A stretch of DNA of 63,953 bases, the filler included, from Octopus bimaculoides (taxonomy: Eukaryota): NCBI RefSeq assembly GCF_001194135.2. It is 6 parts of 6 records of this genome, joined end to end, with 100 filler letters (N's around TTAATTAATTAA, not from the genome) between each part and the next. Parts side by side here need not be neighbours in the genome. Positions count along the whole stretch, not along the records: positions 22,929 to 47,721 come from NC_068990.1; positions 47,822 to 56,851 come from NC_068988.1; 4 more parts are not named here. The stretch is one strand, 5' to 3'. Under the pieces are notes generated by a model. The model was not told the DNA's origin, ran no database searches, and worked only from the letters and a program-made list of their open reading frames with translations. The translations under genes were made by a program, and so were the position numbers. Below, piece after piece: positions 38,596-50,519 of the stretch. Position 1 is the first letter of the stretch; the number at the start of each line of letters is the position of its first letter.

Positions 38596-38705
38596 CAGGA
38601 ATGAGAACCCAGGTTCGAAATTTCCCCAAGACACATGATGAAGGCTGGAGGGTATGTCAGCCGAAATGTTGTGTTAACAAACAAGATGAGGACAAATATC
38701 CGTCA
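38595..38705 (+). mobile_element. Hammerhead-bearing repeat (body of family D), near-complete ribozyme-like motif with two core substitutions
   Basis: GACAC-ATGATGA-A-GGCTG(GAGGGTATGT)CAGCC-GAAA-TGTT-GTGTT at 38630-38675. Homologous segments at 55253-55390 (minus) and 56952-57030. Confidence 0.7.
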
Positions 38706-39434
38706 CTTGTAGAGTAAAAGAGAAAGAGTAAGTGGCGTTCGCAAATGATGTATAGGACGACTCTTAGAAAAAAATTCAAACTGAAAGTAATTTCTCCTCT
38801 GGAATTCTCCAATTTTCGCTTGGTATAATCAAATCCACCCTCTCGCCCAAGAAATTCTCGATGTACCAGACCGGGGTAGTATAATGAAGCCATTTCTCTT
38901 TCTTCCACGTTGTCATTATTCAGTTTCAGCTTCTCTGTCTGAAAGGGAGATTTTTCGAGCGGGGTCGAAGTTTATCTTTCTTTATATCATCGTCTTTCTA
39001 TGATATTTTCATTATTTTCTATTTCGCAAATCCACATAAAAACTGATTTTCCCGCCTATCTTTTGTTACTGCTATATTTCTATAGTATATTGTTTAGACT
39101 CTGTTTGATCTCCTGGGAATGAATATACAACATAAATTACAATGTCTCGCTGAGGTCAACCTTGTTGCTATTCTTTCACCCCCACCACGGGATCGATTAC
39201 AATATTATCACATTGCTTGTAGATTCAATCGACAATACGCCCACCTAATTTCTCTTAGTGATATGTGTGTCTATTTGTGCGTGTGTGTAGCCTCGTGGCA
39301 TTGTTAGAGATTTTGTGCGCCTGTATTTATGCGTGTGTGCTTGGGCGTGTATCTGACGGTACCCACACGTACTTGCGTGGAGGTGCATGAGCGATGGCTG
39401 TATTCGCAAAAATACAATACACAGAACCTAAGTT

Positions 39435-39470
<36 letters not shown>

Positions 39471-40127
39471 ACTGTGTGTATGACTCCATGAGTACGTGTA
39501 TGCATGTGTGTACGTGCGCGCGTGTAAATTTAGGGTTTGTATTCTCTATTATTAGGACAATGAAACGTTGAAAACTTTCGTCCACTTATATTATTTTTTT
39601 CTCTCCATTTATATAGTTTAGTATTCTGCATCGCTGTTGTTACTGCGCTTGTCCTTTGTAGCAACCATACACACATACAATCACACACACAAACAATCAC
39701 AATATATATATAGATATAAACAAATTTATCTATTTATCTGTCTATTCATATATATATATATATATATATATATANNNNNNNNNNNNNNNNNNNNNNNNNN
39801 NNNNNNNNNNNNNNNNNNNNNNNNNNNNNNNNNNNNNNNNNNNNNNNNNNNNNNNNNNNNNNNNNNNNNNNNNNNNNNNNNNNNNNNNNNNNNNNNNNNN
39901 NNNNNNNNNNNNNNNNNNNNNNNNNNNNNNNNNNNNNNNNNNNNNNNNNNNNNNNNNNNNNNNNNNNNNNNNNNNNNNNNNNNNNNNNNNNNNNNNNNNN
40001 NNNNNNNNNNNNNNNNNNNNNTTTGTAAATTCTCACTATATATATATGCATATATATACATACATTACTTACACGAATACGTGCAGGTATACATTCATAC
40101 ATACACATATATATTAATGAGAGACAA

Positions 40128-40194
<67 letters not shown>

Positions 40195-40619
40195 TGTTGT
40201 CGTCGTTGTTGTTTATTGCTTGTTTTATTTTCTGTTGAACCAACAAGACTAATATTGTTTTACGTTAGTGTAACTTAAACGTTAAACAATATTAATGTCT
40301 TGCTGACAGAAACTTGATATCATTTCTGTTATCATTGTTGCACACTACCGCAGTTTCGAAGTAGTAGTAGTAGTAGTAGTAGTAGTAACGATTGTGTAAA
40401 AGTACTCATTCGATCTTGTATGGCGAATAGAAGGGAAGCTGGTAGGTACGTTTGAGATCGAGAGGGAGCTTGATCGTAGGTGGTATACAACCTGTTACTG
40501 TAAAGGAGCAGACACTGTTGTGGTATCGGGAAATGGAGCCAGAGAGGATGTAGCATAGAGGCTGTTACTGAGAGGGATTAAATCCATGATCTTTTGCTAT
40601 AGCCCAGGGCTAAAAAATG

Positions 40620-40656
<37 letters not shown>

Positions 40657-40659
<3 letters not shown>

Positions 40660-40858
40660 GCAGTCTGATCAATAAGTATCTGGACTGATGCCATAGTAAC
40701 AAAGCTAAAGCACGCATAGCGAAGCCGCTTGGAATAGATTGATTCTGGACTGTGCTGTGCATGCGCACTAAATTCTAATGTTCTAGCTCACTTCCGCTAT
40801 TTACAGCAGTGCTTGGAAGGAAAGTGTGTAGCGTGTGATAGTCGTATTGACCATGCTG
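40657..40858 (+). mobile_element. 5' end of a second mariner family, inserted in (TA)n
   Basis: TA|CGCAGTCTGATCAATAAGTATCTGGACTG resembles a mariner TIR. It is followed by UTR-like sequence to GACCATG and then truncated. Confidence 0.5.
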
Positions 40859-41333
40859 GCCGTCCAACTTCAATTGTAACCCAATATCATAAAATTCGGT
40901 TAATCCCAAGTAAGGTTTGTTGCCACTAATCTATTAACGACTAAAGGACAACTGAGCTACGTACTCACACCAACATGCCACTCGACTACGTGCTGTAACC
41001 AATACATGGGACTAATGTCAGCTGTTTACAATATGCTGCAACATGCCGCCAAAGTGCCACCAACATCCTGTTAGAACATGTGGGCTTGAAAAAGATAAAA
41101 ATAAGGAAATAACTGGTGTCGTTTTCACAGCGTCAATACCACGTCACTTGACGTAACTACGCTTCGCACTCAGTAGCCATCTTAAATTTGTTTCAAATAT
41201 GTCACTCTTCTCCCTGTATCTGACGAGATGGACGCGTTCTGCGCGCCAACGAAACTGTGGGCCAGATGAAACTGAGTCAAATTGTAACTCCAACTAAATA
41301 TAATCAGTGAATTTTTTTTCGTTCGTCCACTCA

Positions 41334-41376
<43 letters not shown>

Positions 41377-42249
41377 ATGAATATATATATATATATNNNN
41401 NNNNNNNNNNNNNNNNNNNNNNNNNNNNNNNNNNNNNNNNNNNNNNNNNNNNNNNNNNNNNNNNNNNNNNNNNNNNNNNNNNNNNNNNNNNNNNNNNNNN
41501 NNNNNNNNNNNNNNNNNNNNNNNNNNNNNNNNNNNNNNNNNNNNNNNNNNNNNNNNNNNNNNNNNNNNNNNNNNNNNNNNNNNNNNNNNNNNNNNNNNNN
41601 NNNNNNNNNNNNNNNNNNNNNNNNNNNNNNNNNNNNNNNNNNNNNNNNNNNNNNNNNNNNNNNNNNNNNNNNNNNNNNNNNNNNNNNNNNNNNNNNNNNN
41701 NNNNNNNNNNNNNNNNNNNNNNNNNNNNNNNNNNNNNNNNNNNNNNNNNNNNNNNNNNNNNNNNNNNNNNNNNNNNNNNNNNNNNNNNNNNNNNNNNNNN
41801 NNNNNNNNNNNNNNNNNNNNNNNNNNNNNNNNNNNNNNNNNNNNNNNNNNNNNNNNNNNNNNNNNNNNNNNNNNNNNNNNNNNNNNNNNNNNNNNNNNNN
41901 NNNNNNNNNNNNNNNNNNNNNNNNNNNNNNNNNNNNNNNNNNNNNNNNNNNNNNNNNNNNNNNNNNNNNNNNNNNNNNNNNNNNNNNNNNNNNNNNNNNN
42001 NNNNNNNNNNNNNNNNNNNNNNNNNNNNNNNNNNNNNNNNNNNNNNNNNNNNNNNNNNNNNNNNNNNNNNNNNNNNNNNNNNNNNNNNNNNNNNNNNNNN
42101 NNNNNNNNNNNNNNNNNNNNNNNNNNNNNNNNNNNNNNNNNNNNNNNNNNNNNNNNNNNNNNNNNNNNNNNNNNNNNNNNNNNNNNNNNNNNNNNNNNNN
42201 NNNNNNNNNNNNNNNNNNNNNNNNNNNNNNNNNNTATATATATATATAT

Positions 42250-42560
42250 ATAGTTGAAACAGGAAGACGAGAAAGTTTTTTACGTTTCGAGCCTACGCTC
42301 TTCAACACAAGGGAACACGTGGAAATAAACAGAGAGAATAAAAAGCTTTTGGGAGTTAGCGGTCAATCATGGCGACTGGCTGGACAAAGGTAGTTAGACA
42401 GGAAAGCTAGGAAGAAGGGGAGATAATATACATACATACATTTATACATACATACACACCCACACACGCGTGGATTATATAAAATAAATACATTTTATAC
42501 ACAAGGGAGTTTCCCTCTCCGACGGGATGAAACCAGCTAGTTTCAAGTTTTTATGTACCT
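42250..42560 (-). mobile_element. Probable Penelope-like terminal-repeat relic with two degenerate hammerhead-core-like motifs
   Basis: Minus strand CTGATGA-AGGT(ACATAAAA)ACTT-GAAACTAG near 42535-42570 and TTGAAGAGCGTAGGCTCGAAACGTA near 42281-42305. Stem I is not recoverable in either. Confidence 0.35.
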
Positions 42561-42715
42561 TCATCAGAGAAAGAAGTTTTATCTTCTTTCCACAGAGCGA
42601 CTAATTGCTTATAGTTAGTTGTAATTGTTTACAAATGCGAGCTAAATTGTATATCAATTAATTTTATAAAAACCGACTTACCTTGATTTTCAAATTATTT
42701 AAGACTATCTATCTA

Positions 42716-43280
42716 GTGCACAGTTGATTTACTGATTAATCTCTTCACACCGTCCGCGCAAGGGCAGCTATGGAAATATTCTGCTTTTCGAAATCCCTGC
42801 TTAGTTTCTGCATACATCGAAGGGGATCGCCAATAGATTCTTCTCCGCTTCGGACATTCGCGTTCAGTGATTTGATGTCTCCGTTGTGTTGTCTGCATCA
42901 CTGAAACTAATATGCTCCGATGACAACAGGGACAGCCTTTATGTTTAACTCTCATAGCTTCCGCATCTTGACCAATTCTGAGGTCTCCATATTCTTAAAA
43001 CCTTTCCTCTTTCTTTCATGATAATACGCTGATCTCCTGGCGCTGCAACGTCAAATATTAAGCACTCTTGTTTGTCCTTCCTAAAGATTACTCTATCCGG
43101 TTTTCGGTGTTCTAACTCCTTGTCTGTCTGGAAGTCAAAGTCCTAGAGGATCTTTACCTTCCCGTTTTCGTCCATTACCATTTCTGTTGTATGCTTGTAC
43201 CAAGCACTCGTTATCCCGTATCCAAACTTCCTGCATAGTAGCCAGTGAAGGTCTTGAGTTAACTTCACTTTTCACCACTA
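42716..43280 (-). mobile_element. Decayed R4/Dong-type RLE domain fragment
   Basis: Minus strand QDLHWLLCRKFGYGITSAWYKHTTEMVMDENGKVKIL*DFDFQTDKELEHRKPDRVIFRKDKQECLIFDVAAPGDQRIIMKERGK, then after frameshifts AVPVVIGA. These are canonical RLE motifs (LHW.LC, WY.H, ILWDF..QTD, HR.PD, D.A.PGD). Confidence 0.85.
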
Positions 43281-43612
43281 AGTGGCTCAGACGGAATATA
43301 TTCCGGTGGTGGTGGTGGTGGTGATGGTGGTGATGGNNNNNNNNNNNNNNNNNNNNNNNNNNNNNNNNNNNNNNNNNNNNNNNNNNNNNNNNNNNNNNNN
43401 NNNNNNNNNNNNNNNNNNNNNNNNNNNNNNNNNNNNNNNNNNNNNNNNNNNNNNNNNNNNNNNNNNNNNNNNNNNNNNNNNNNNNNNNNNNNNNNNNNNN
43501 NNNNNNNNNNNNNNNNNNNNNNNNNNNNNNNNNNNNNNNNNNNNNNNNNNNNNNNNNNNNNNNNNNNNNNNNNNNNNNNNNNATATATATATATATATAT
43601 ACACATATACAT

Positions 43613-43997
43613 ATAGGCGCAGGAGTGGCTGTGTAGTAAGTAGCTTACTTACCAGCCACATGGTTCTGGGTTCAGTCCGACCAAAGCCTTAGGAGTGGAT
43701 TTGGTAAACGGAAACTGAAAGAAGCCCGTCGTATATATAAATATATGTATACATGTGTATGGTGTGTGTACGTGTGTGTGCGTGTGTATAAATGTTTGTC
43801 TGTGTCCCCCCGCCTCACCATCGCTTAACAACCGATGCTAGTGCGTTTACGTCCCCGTAAGCTAGCGGTTCGGCAAAAGAGATCCGATGGAATAAGTACT
43901 AGGCTTAAAAAGAATAAAGTCCTGGGATCGATTTGTTCGACTAACGGCGGTGCTGCAGCATGGCCGCAGTCAAATGACTGAAACAAATAAAAGAATA
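43613..43997 (+). mobile_element. SINE family B with internal deletion in the head
   Basis: ATAGGCGCAGGAGTGGCTGTGT...GGGTTCAGTCCGACCAAAGCC... TA/TG microsatellite ...CAGTCAAATGACTGAAACAAATAAAAG. Confidence 0.85.
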
Positions 43998-44176
43998 GCA
44001 GGATATATATATAAATATAAATATATATATAAGTAAAAACTTAGTGTGGACAAGGCTGCGTGGCGTTCGATTATAGATAAATAAATATAGACATCACCAA
44101 TGAGTGAAAAAAACGTAAACATAATGAGAGACAAGTACGGGACAAAATATTCGGTACTGTATATATACATATATGT

Positions 44177-44208
<32 letters not shown>

Positions 44209-44210
44209 AA

Positions 44211-44395
44211 AGTCATATCTAACATGTTCGAGTGCACTCGGACGTGGAGAGACCTTTCACTGCAGAAACGGTCTCCGAAGAAAATTCTCCTCTCAGACGA
44301 CATATGTATAAACACTCTGGACTGGCAATGGCTTCATTTGGGTCATAGGACACATGCGTTTCTGTGTTCTTTCGCGTCCTCAGTTATGAACACTA
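44211..44395 (+). pseudogene. Possible decayed C2H2 zinc-finger relic
   Basis: One frame reads SHI*HVRVHSDVERPF...LRRHMYKHSG (two H-x3-H motifs and a linker-like ERPF). The Cys/Phe part (C...KFSS) appears only in a shifted frame. Confidence 0.25.
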
Positions 44396-44781
44396 TTTCT
44401 ATTGATCATAGGTTTGTTTATTTTCTCAGGACTAACATGGGAACTAAACAACTAACGAGAGCTACAACAAAATGCTTACCAGTTATATACTGGGTCGTTT
44501 CCTCCGGTAAAGTCACCTCTCTTGAGAAATGTATGGTTTTGTGCCAAATTCGCAAAATTTTATTACGATATCTAAGTAGAAATTTATTTATAATTAAACA
44601 CTCACGTCACAGAAACCTAACCGAAAAAGGAGCTACTCCCTGCGTTAGAAGGAATCTGGGAATCCTAACACCCTTATTCTGTTCACCTGGTTCCAATAAA
44701 TTTCTAGGTAGTTCTAAAGTGTCACACTTCTGGGGAGAGATGGGGAGAAACGGAAAGTGCGCGCGCAAGCGTGTGTATGTT

Positions 44782-44828
<47 letters not shown>

Positions 44829-45303
44829 AGGGAAGAGAAAGAAAGAAAAACCGAAAGATATGATATACATACACACACACAAACATTCGTGCGCATAATA
44901 TACATTTATATGTATACATACATACATACATATAAATAAATGAATAAATATATATACGTGTGTATATATATGTATATATATATATATATGCATATATATG
45001 TATATATATATACATATACATATATACATANNNNNNNNNNNNNNNNNNNNNNNNNNNNNNNNNNNNNNNNNNNNNNNNNNNNNNNNNNNNNNNNNNNNNN
45101 NNNNNNNNNNNNNNNNNNNNNNNNNNNNNNNNNNNNNNNNNNNNNNNNNNNNNNNNNNNNNNNNNNNNNNNNNNNNNNNNNNNNNNNNNNNNNNNNNNNN
45201 NNNNNNNNNNNNNNNNNNNNNNNNNNNNNNNNNNNNNNNNNNNNNNNNNNNNNNNNNNNNNNNNNNNNNNNNNNNNNNNNNNNNNNNNNNNNNNNNNNNN
45301 NNN

Positions 45304-45351
<48 letters not shown>

Positions 45352-46022
45352 GTGTGTGTGCATGTGTGTGTGTGTGCATGTGTGTGTGTGTGTGTATTTA
45401 AGCGTTGTATATTTAGCAGAAACCAGATCCGCCCTTATAGAAAGGCTTCCTATAATTAAAAACCGAAACGAACATTACATGCATGATGTTTGCCCTATCT
45501 TCACTGATAATTACTGTCTCCTACGGCTTCCCAGTTGTCAATGGCATCTCTGGTTTTCCGTTCATGACCTCTCAGATGACTATTCAGTGCCGTTGCAGAC
45601 CTGCAAGGTTTAAAGCACAGGTGACAAACCAAAGCTGTAACTAACTACGCGCTTCCGACTTGTTACGTCTGCACACGTCGCCATACTTCCATCGTCATAG
45701 GGCTTCCACTTGATGGAACGGCAAACGAGGTCATCAGATAGAGACGTTTGTACGTCATTGGATTATAGCGACAAACACTTGCATGAAACGAGAGCCTTTC
45801 TCTGACTGTCTATCGTTATTATTTAGTGACGTGCATGCTATATGATATATCCATATTCGATTCCTGCAGTTTCCTTCCACCGAATTCCCTGACAAGGTAT
45901 TGATTACGCCGGGACTACAGTAGAAGACAACTGCCCAAGGTGAAGGGCAGTGGAATTGAACCTGGAATTGCGTCATGTGAAACGGACTCCTTAACCATTG
46001 AGTAGTGATATTCTTTTCTACT

Positions 46023-46309
46023 AAGGCGGCGAACTGGCAGAAACGTTAGCAAGCCGGGGTCGATGTTATCCACTTAATCCCTTTGTCTGTCCTTGTTTGT
46101 CCCCTCTATGTTTAGCCCCTTGTAGGCAATAAAGAAATAAGAAACGTTAGCACACGATCTCAGTTCAAATTCCACCGAGATCGACTTTTCCTTTCATCCT
46201 TTCGGGGTCGATAGATTAAGTACCATTTGCATACTGGGGAGGGGGCATCTAATCGACTGGCCTCCATCCCCCAAAATTTCGGAACTTGTGCCTAGAGTAG
46301 AAAAGAGTT
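46023..46309 (+). mobile_element. Dimeric family A SINE with internal deletions in both monomers
   Basis: Same junction AATAAAGAAATAAG|AAACGTTAGCAC as the 34041-34463 copy. Confidence 0.8.
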
Positions 46310-46360
46310 ACAAATAGCTCCAAAACTCATCAGCGAAACCGACAGAAATCGGTTTAAAGC

Positions 46361-46397
<37 letters not shown>

Positions 46398-46517
46398 GGT
46401 TTATTCATGTGGGAGTGATGAAATGTATGGAAGATATATAGATAAAGAGAATGAGTGAGTGAGAAGGGCGAAGTTCTGTGTATGAAAAGCAAAAATGTAT
46501 GGAAAAGAAAAACAGAA

Positions 46518-46571
<54 letters not shown>

Positions 46572-46779
46572 NNNNNNNNNNNNNNNNNNNNNNNNNNNNN
46601 NNNNNNNNNNNNNNNNNNNNNNNNNNNTCCATAGACAGACAGAAAGAGTAGAGATGGTTGATATAAGTAAAAGTGATAAAGTGTAAGAGGAAAAATCTAG
46701 ATTAAGAAGGATTGCGCATTTTGGAGGAATAATGAAGTGATAAGCGAAACACATTGAAGAGAATGAAAGAAAGACAGCA

Positions 46780-46824
<45 letters not shown>

Positions 46825-46918
46825 TAACATTAACACTACAATGCACTGTACTATAACGCGGTACACTACATTACATTACAGCGCACTCCACTAGACCGCG
46901 TTACACCACACTACACTC

Positions 46919-47276
46919 GTGACACTCCGTCGGTTACGACGACGAGGGTTCCAGTTGATCCGATCAACGGAACAGCCTGCTCGAGAAATTAACGTGCAAG
47001 TGGCTGAGCACTCCACAGACACGTGTACCCTTAACGTAGTTCTCGGGGATATTCAGCGCGTCACAGCGTGACAAGGCTGACCCTTTGAATTACAGGCACA
47101 ACAGAAACAGGAAGTAAGAGTGAGAGAAAGTTGTGATGAAAGAGTACTGCCGGAGCCTCGTGGAGCTTTAGGTGTTTCTGCTCAATAAACACTCACAATG
47201 CCCGGGCTGAGAATCGAAACCGCGATCCTACGACTGCGAGTGCGCTGCCCTAACCACTGGGCCACTGCGCCTCCAC
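46919..47276 (-). mobile_element. Full-length SINE family C (tRNA-like head, RTE-like tail)
   Basis: Minus strand GTGGAGGCGCAGTGGCCCAGTGGTTAGGG...GGTTTCGATTCTC (A- and B-box-like)...GTCGTCGTAACCGACGGAGTGTCAC, followed by degenerate (TAGTG)n. Confidence 0.85.
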
Positions 47277-47449
47277 ATACTATACTAAAACAGAGATCAA
47301 GAGAAAGAGAAATAGAGATAAAGATAGAGATAGAGACAGAGACAGAGAGCGGGTTGGGGGTGAAGAGGTCGTGATAAGGTAATGCGTGAGAGAAGTAGGA
47401 TGAGGAGTGAAGTATAAGCGGATCAACGAATAGAATTGAATGAAGGAAA

Positions 47450-47721
47450 GAGTGAATGAGAGAAAGAGTGAATGACGGAAAGAGTGAATGAGGGAAAGAG
47501 TGAATGAGGGAAAGAGTGAATGAGGGAAAGAGTGAATGAAGGAAAGAGTGAATGAAGGAGAGAGTGAATGAGGGAAAGAGTGAATGAAGGAAAGAGTGAA
47601 TGAGGGAAAGAGTGAATGAAGGAGAGAGTGAATGAGGGAAAGAGTGAATGAGGGAAAGAGTGAATGAGGGAAAGAGTGAATGAAGGAAAGAGTGAATGAA
47701 GGAGAGAGTGAATGAGGGAAA
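47450..47721 (+). repeat. 16-bp minisatellite GAGTGAATGA(G/A)GGA(A/G)A, 17 copies up to the gap
   Basis: Counted directly. Confidence 0.95.
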
Positions 47722-48055
47722 NNNNNNNNNNNNNNNNNNNNNNNNNNNNNNNNNNNNNNNNNNNNTTAATTAATTAANNNNNNNNNNNNNNNNNNNNNNN
47801 NNNNNNNNNNNNNNNNNNNNNTGGTAGTGGTTAGATGGGGAAGTAGTGGTGATGGTGACTCTAATGTTGGTGGTGATGGTGGTGGTGGTGGTGGTGGTGG
47901 TGTTGGCTATAATTTTGATGGTGGTGGTAGTGTTGACAAAGATATGGCACGGGGGAATGAAACTGCTGCTTTCGAGATTTCGAAGACGGAATGATTCGGA
48001 ATATCTTTTAAATTCCGGCAATGATAAAGAAACGAAATTTTGGTTACAAATAAGT

Positions 48056-48460
48056 ATAGGCGCAGGAGTGGTTGTGTGGTAAGTAGCTTGCTTACCAACT
48101 ACATGATTCTGGGTTCATTCCCACTGCGTAGCACTTTGGGCAATTGTATTCTGCTATAGCCTCGGGACGACCAAAGCCTTGTGAGTGGATTTGGTAGACG
48201 GAAACTGAAAGAAGCCCGTCGTATAAATATATATATATGTATATATATGTGTGTGTGTATTTGTGTCTGTTTGTCCCCCAACATCGCTTGACAACTGATG
48301 CTGATGTGTTTACGTCCCCGTAACTAAGCGGTTCGGCAAAAGAGACCGATAGGATAAGTAGTAGGCTTACAAAGAATGGGGGCGATTTGCTCGACTAAAG
48401 GCGGTGCTCCAGCATGGCCGCAGTCAAATGACTGAAACAAGTAAAAGAGTTTAAAAGAGT
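48056..48460 (+). mobile_element. Full-length SINE family B
   Basis: tRNA-like head (GGAGTGGTTGTGTGGTAAG...GGGTTCATTCCC), CTTTGGGCAA segment, central TA/TG microsatellite, 3' half ending GACTGAAACAAGTAAAAGAGT. Confidence 0.9.
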
Positions 48461-49168
48461 TTATGTGGCTATTCTAATGTCGTCTACAATACGTTTACCC
48501 GTTAATAACAACATTAACAACAACAACAACAACAACAACGAAGCAAACAGTTACCAAATTACTATTTACGAGTAATAGAAACGCTCATTAATTTCTTAAT
48601 TTTCTCTAATTAATTTCCTATCTCAGACTACATGGCTTTCCTTGTTTGTATTGGTTCGGTGTGTCGACATTGCATTATTTATGTTGATACAGCTTCATTA
48701 CATTGTCACCTCTACTCAATATAATTCTTCCTGATTTTGGCACAAGGGTAGTAAATTTGAGGGGAAGAGGAAGTTAACTACATCAACTCCAGCAATTGAT
48801 TTCCTCTTCTCCACGAATTTACTGCCCTTGTGCCAAAATCGCATCGACTCCAGTAATTGACATGTACTTTATTCATCGACCCTGAGAAGATGAAAGGCAA
48901 AGTTGTGCTCTGCGGCAGCATTTAAATATATAATGTTCTGAATTGTATATGGAAAAACATTTCTTTTAATTCAATGCAACTTCTTTCTTGTGTAGAGAAA
49001 GAAAACAAAAGCCTAGCGAGGATTCTGTGTCACTCTGAAAGCAAAGAGGAGATAATCTCAAGAAATCTGGAGTTAGTTTCTCGAAGTTGTTAATTACATG
49101 TTTAGGTGGAAGTTTTAACTTCATTTGCTAGAAATAACAATTCATGTTTCAGTCTATAAAACTTCATC

Positions 49169-49327
49169 GGAGTGGCTGTGTGGTAAGTAGCTTACTTACC
49201 AACCACATTGTTCCGGGTTCAGTCTCACTGCGTGGTACCTTGCACAAGTGTCTCCTACTATAGCCTCGGGCCGAACAAAGCTTCCTGAGTGGATTTAGTA
49301 GACGGAGACTAAAAGAAGCTCGTCGTG

Positions 49328-49387
<60 letters not shown>

Positions 49388-49587
49388 TGTGTTTGTCCCT
49401 CCAACATCGTTTGACAACCGATGCTGGTGTGTTTACGTCCCCGTAACTTAGTGGTTCGGCAAAAGAGACCGATAGAATAAGTATTAGGCTTACAAAGAAT
49501 AAGTCCTGGGATCGATTTCTGCGACCGAAGGCGGTGCTCCAGTATGGCTGCAGTCAAATGACTGAAACAAGTAATAGAGTAAAAGAG
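49169..49587 (+). mobile_element. Full-length SINE family B
   Basis: As the 48056 copy, with central (TG)n. Confidence 0.9.
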
Positions 49588-50519
49588 GTGACAGAGACTT
49601 CTAAATGTAGAGAAAGATATCTGTATAATTTTTCACCGGCACAATTTGCATAACTAAAGAATAAAATGATTTTAAACTGGACAAGGATAATCTTTTAATT
49701 ACTAAGAAGTGATTTAGTGAATGTTATGCACAAATATTCATTTACATTTGACTATTTTCTTAAAATTATCTTCCCTTTTCTTTGAAACTTGCCAACAACA
49801 GCTTCTATGTTTTCTTTTGTGTTTTCGTTTGTATTCGTTTTTTTTTAAGACCTGAAGTAGAATGTGGGACATCACTAGAATTAGTAATGATTAAGAGATA
49901 TGTCTAAGTAGAAGATTGCCCGTAGCACAGCGCGTATAAGAAGCGTCCGTAGTAATACAAAGCAAGACAACGTTCGAAATCAATGCTGGTTCACGGATTG
50001 CTGATGGTTTACAATGCATGGCTTTTGCTCATTTGACAGGTTATCTTAAATGCCAGTAATTATATATTTGAAATGTTGTATAATATCCGTTATATTTGTC
50101 TGGGGGAAAAATCTGGGTCATTTAAACAGATAAATGAAGATCATTCAACAGCGCTGTAGATTCTGCTGTATTCCTTAATAAAATAATTAATTCTAGTGGC
50201 CCCATTTACCTGGCAGACACTTCTGGGAAAGTTATGAGAGACACCAGAATTACTTGTGCGTGTAACAGTATTTGCCTGTTCAAATTCAATGTAACCTCGT
50301 GGGATCTTTTATTGAATAACCAGTTCGTATCGACTTTTATTTTAAACTTTATTATTCTTTCATACAAAATGGATCCACCAAGCACAGAGATTGAATAATT
50401 GTTTTTCCGGACTGAAATATCAATTGAATCTAGTCCAGGTCAGTGCGGAGAATGTCTTGAAAAGGGAAAGAAATCCCAACGATTCAATCACGTGACCGAC
50501 GCAACACTTCTGGCATTGT

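Noticed and set aside
41220-41262. CTGACGA-stem-GAAAC hammerhead-like core
   Set aside because: Stem II is plausible, but there is no NUH triplet (reads GGC) and no stem I.
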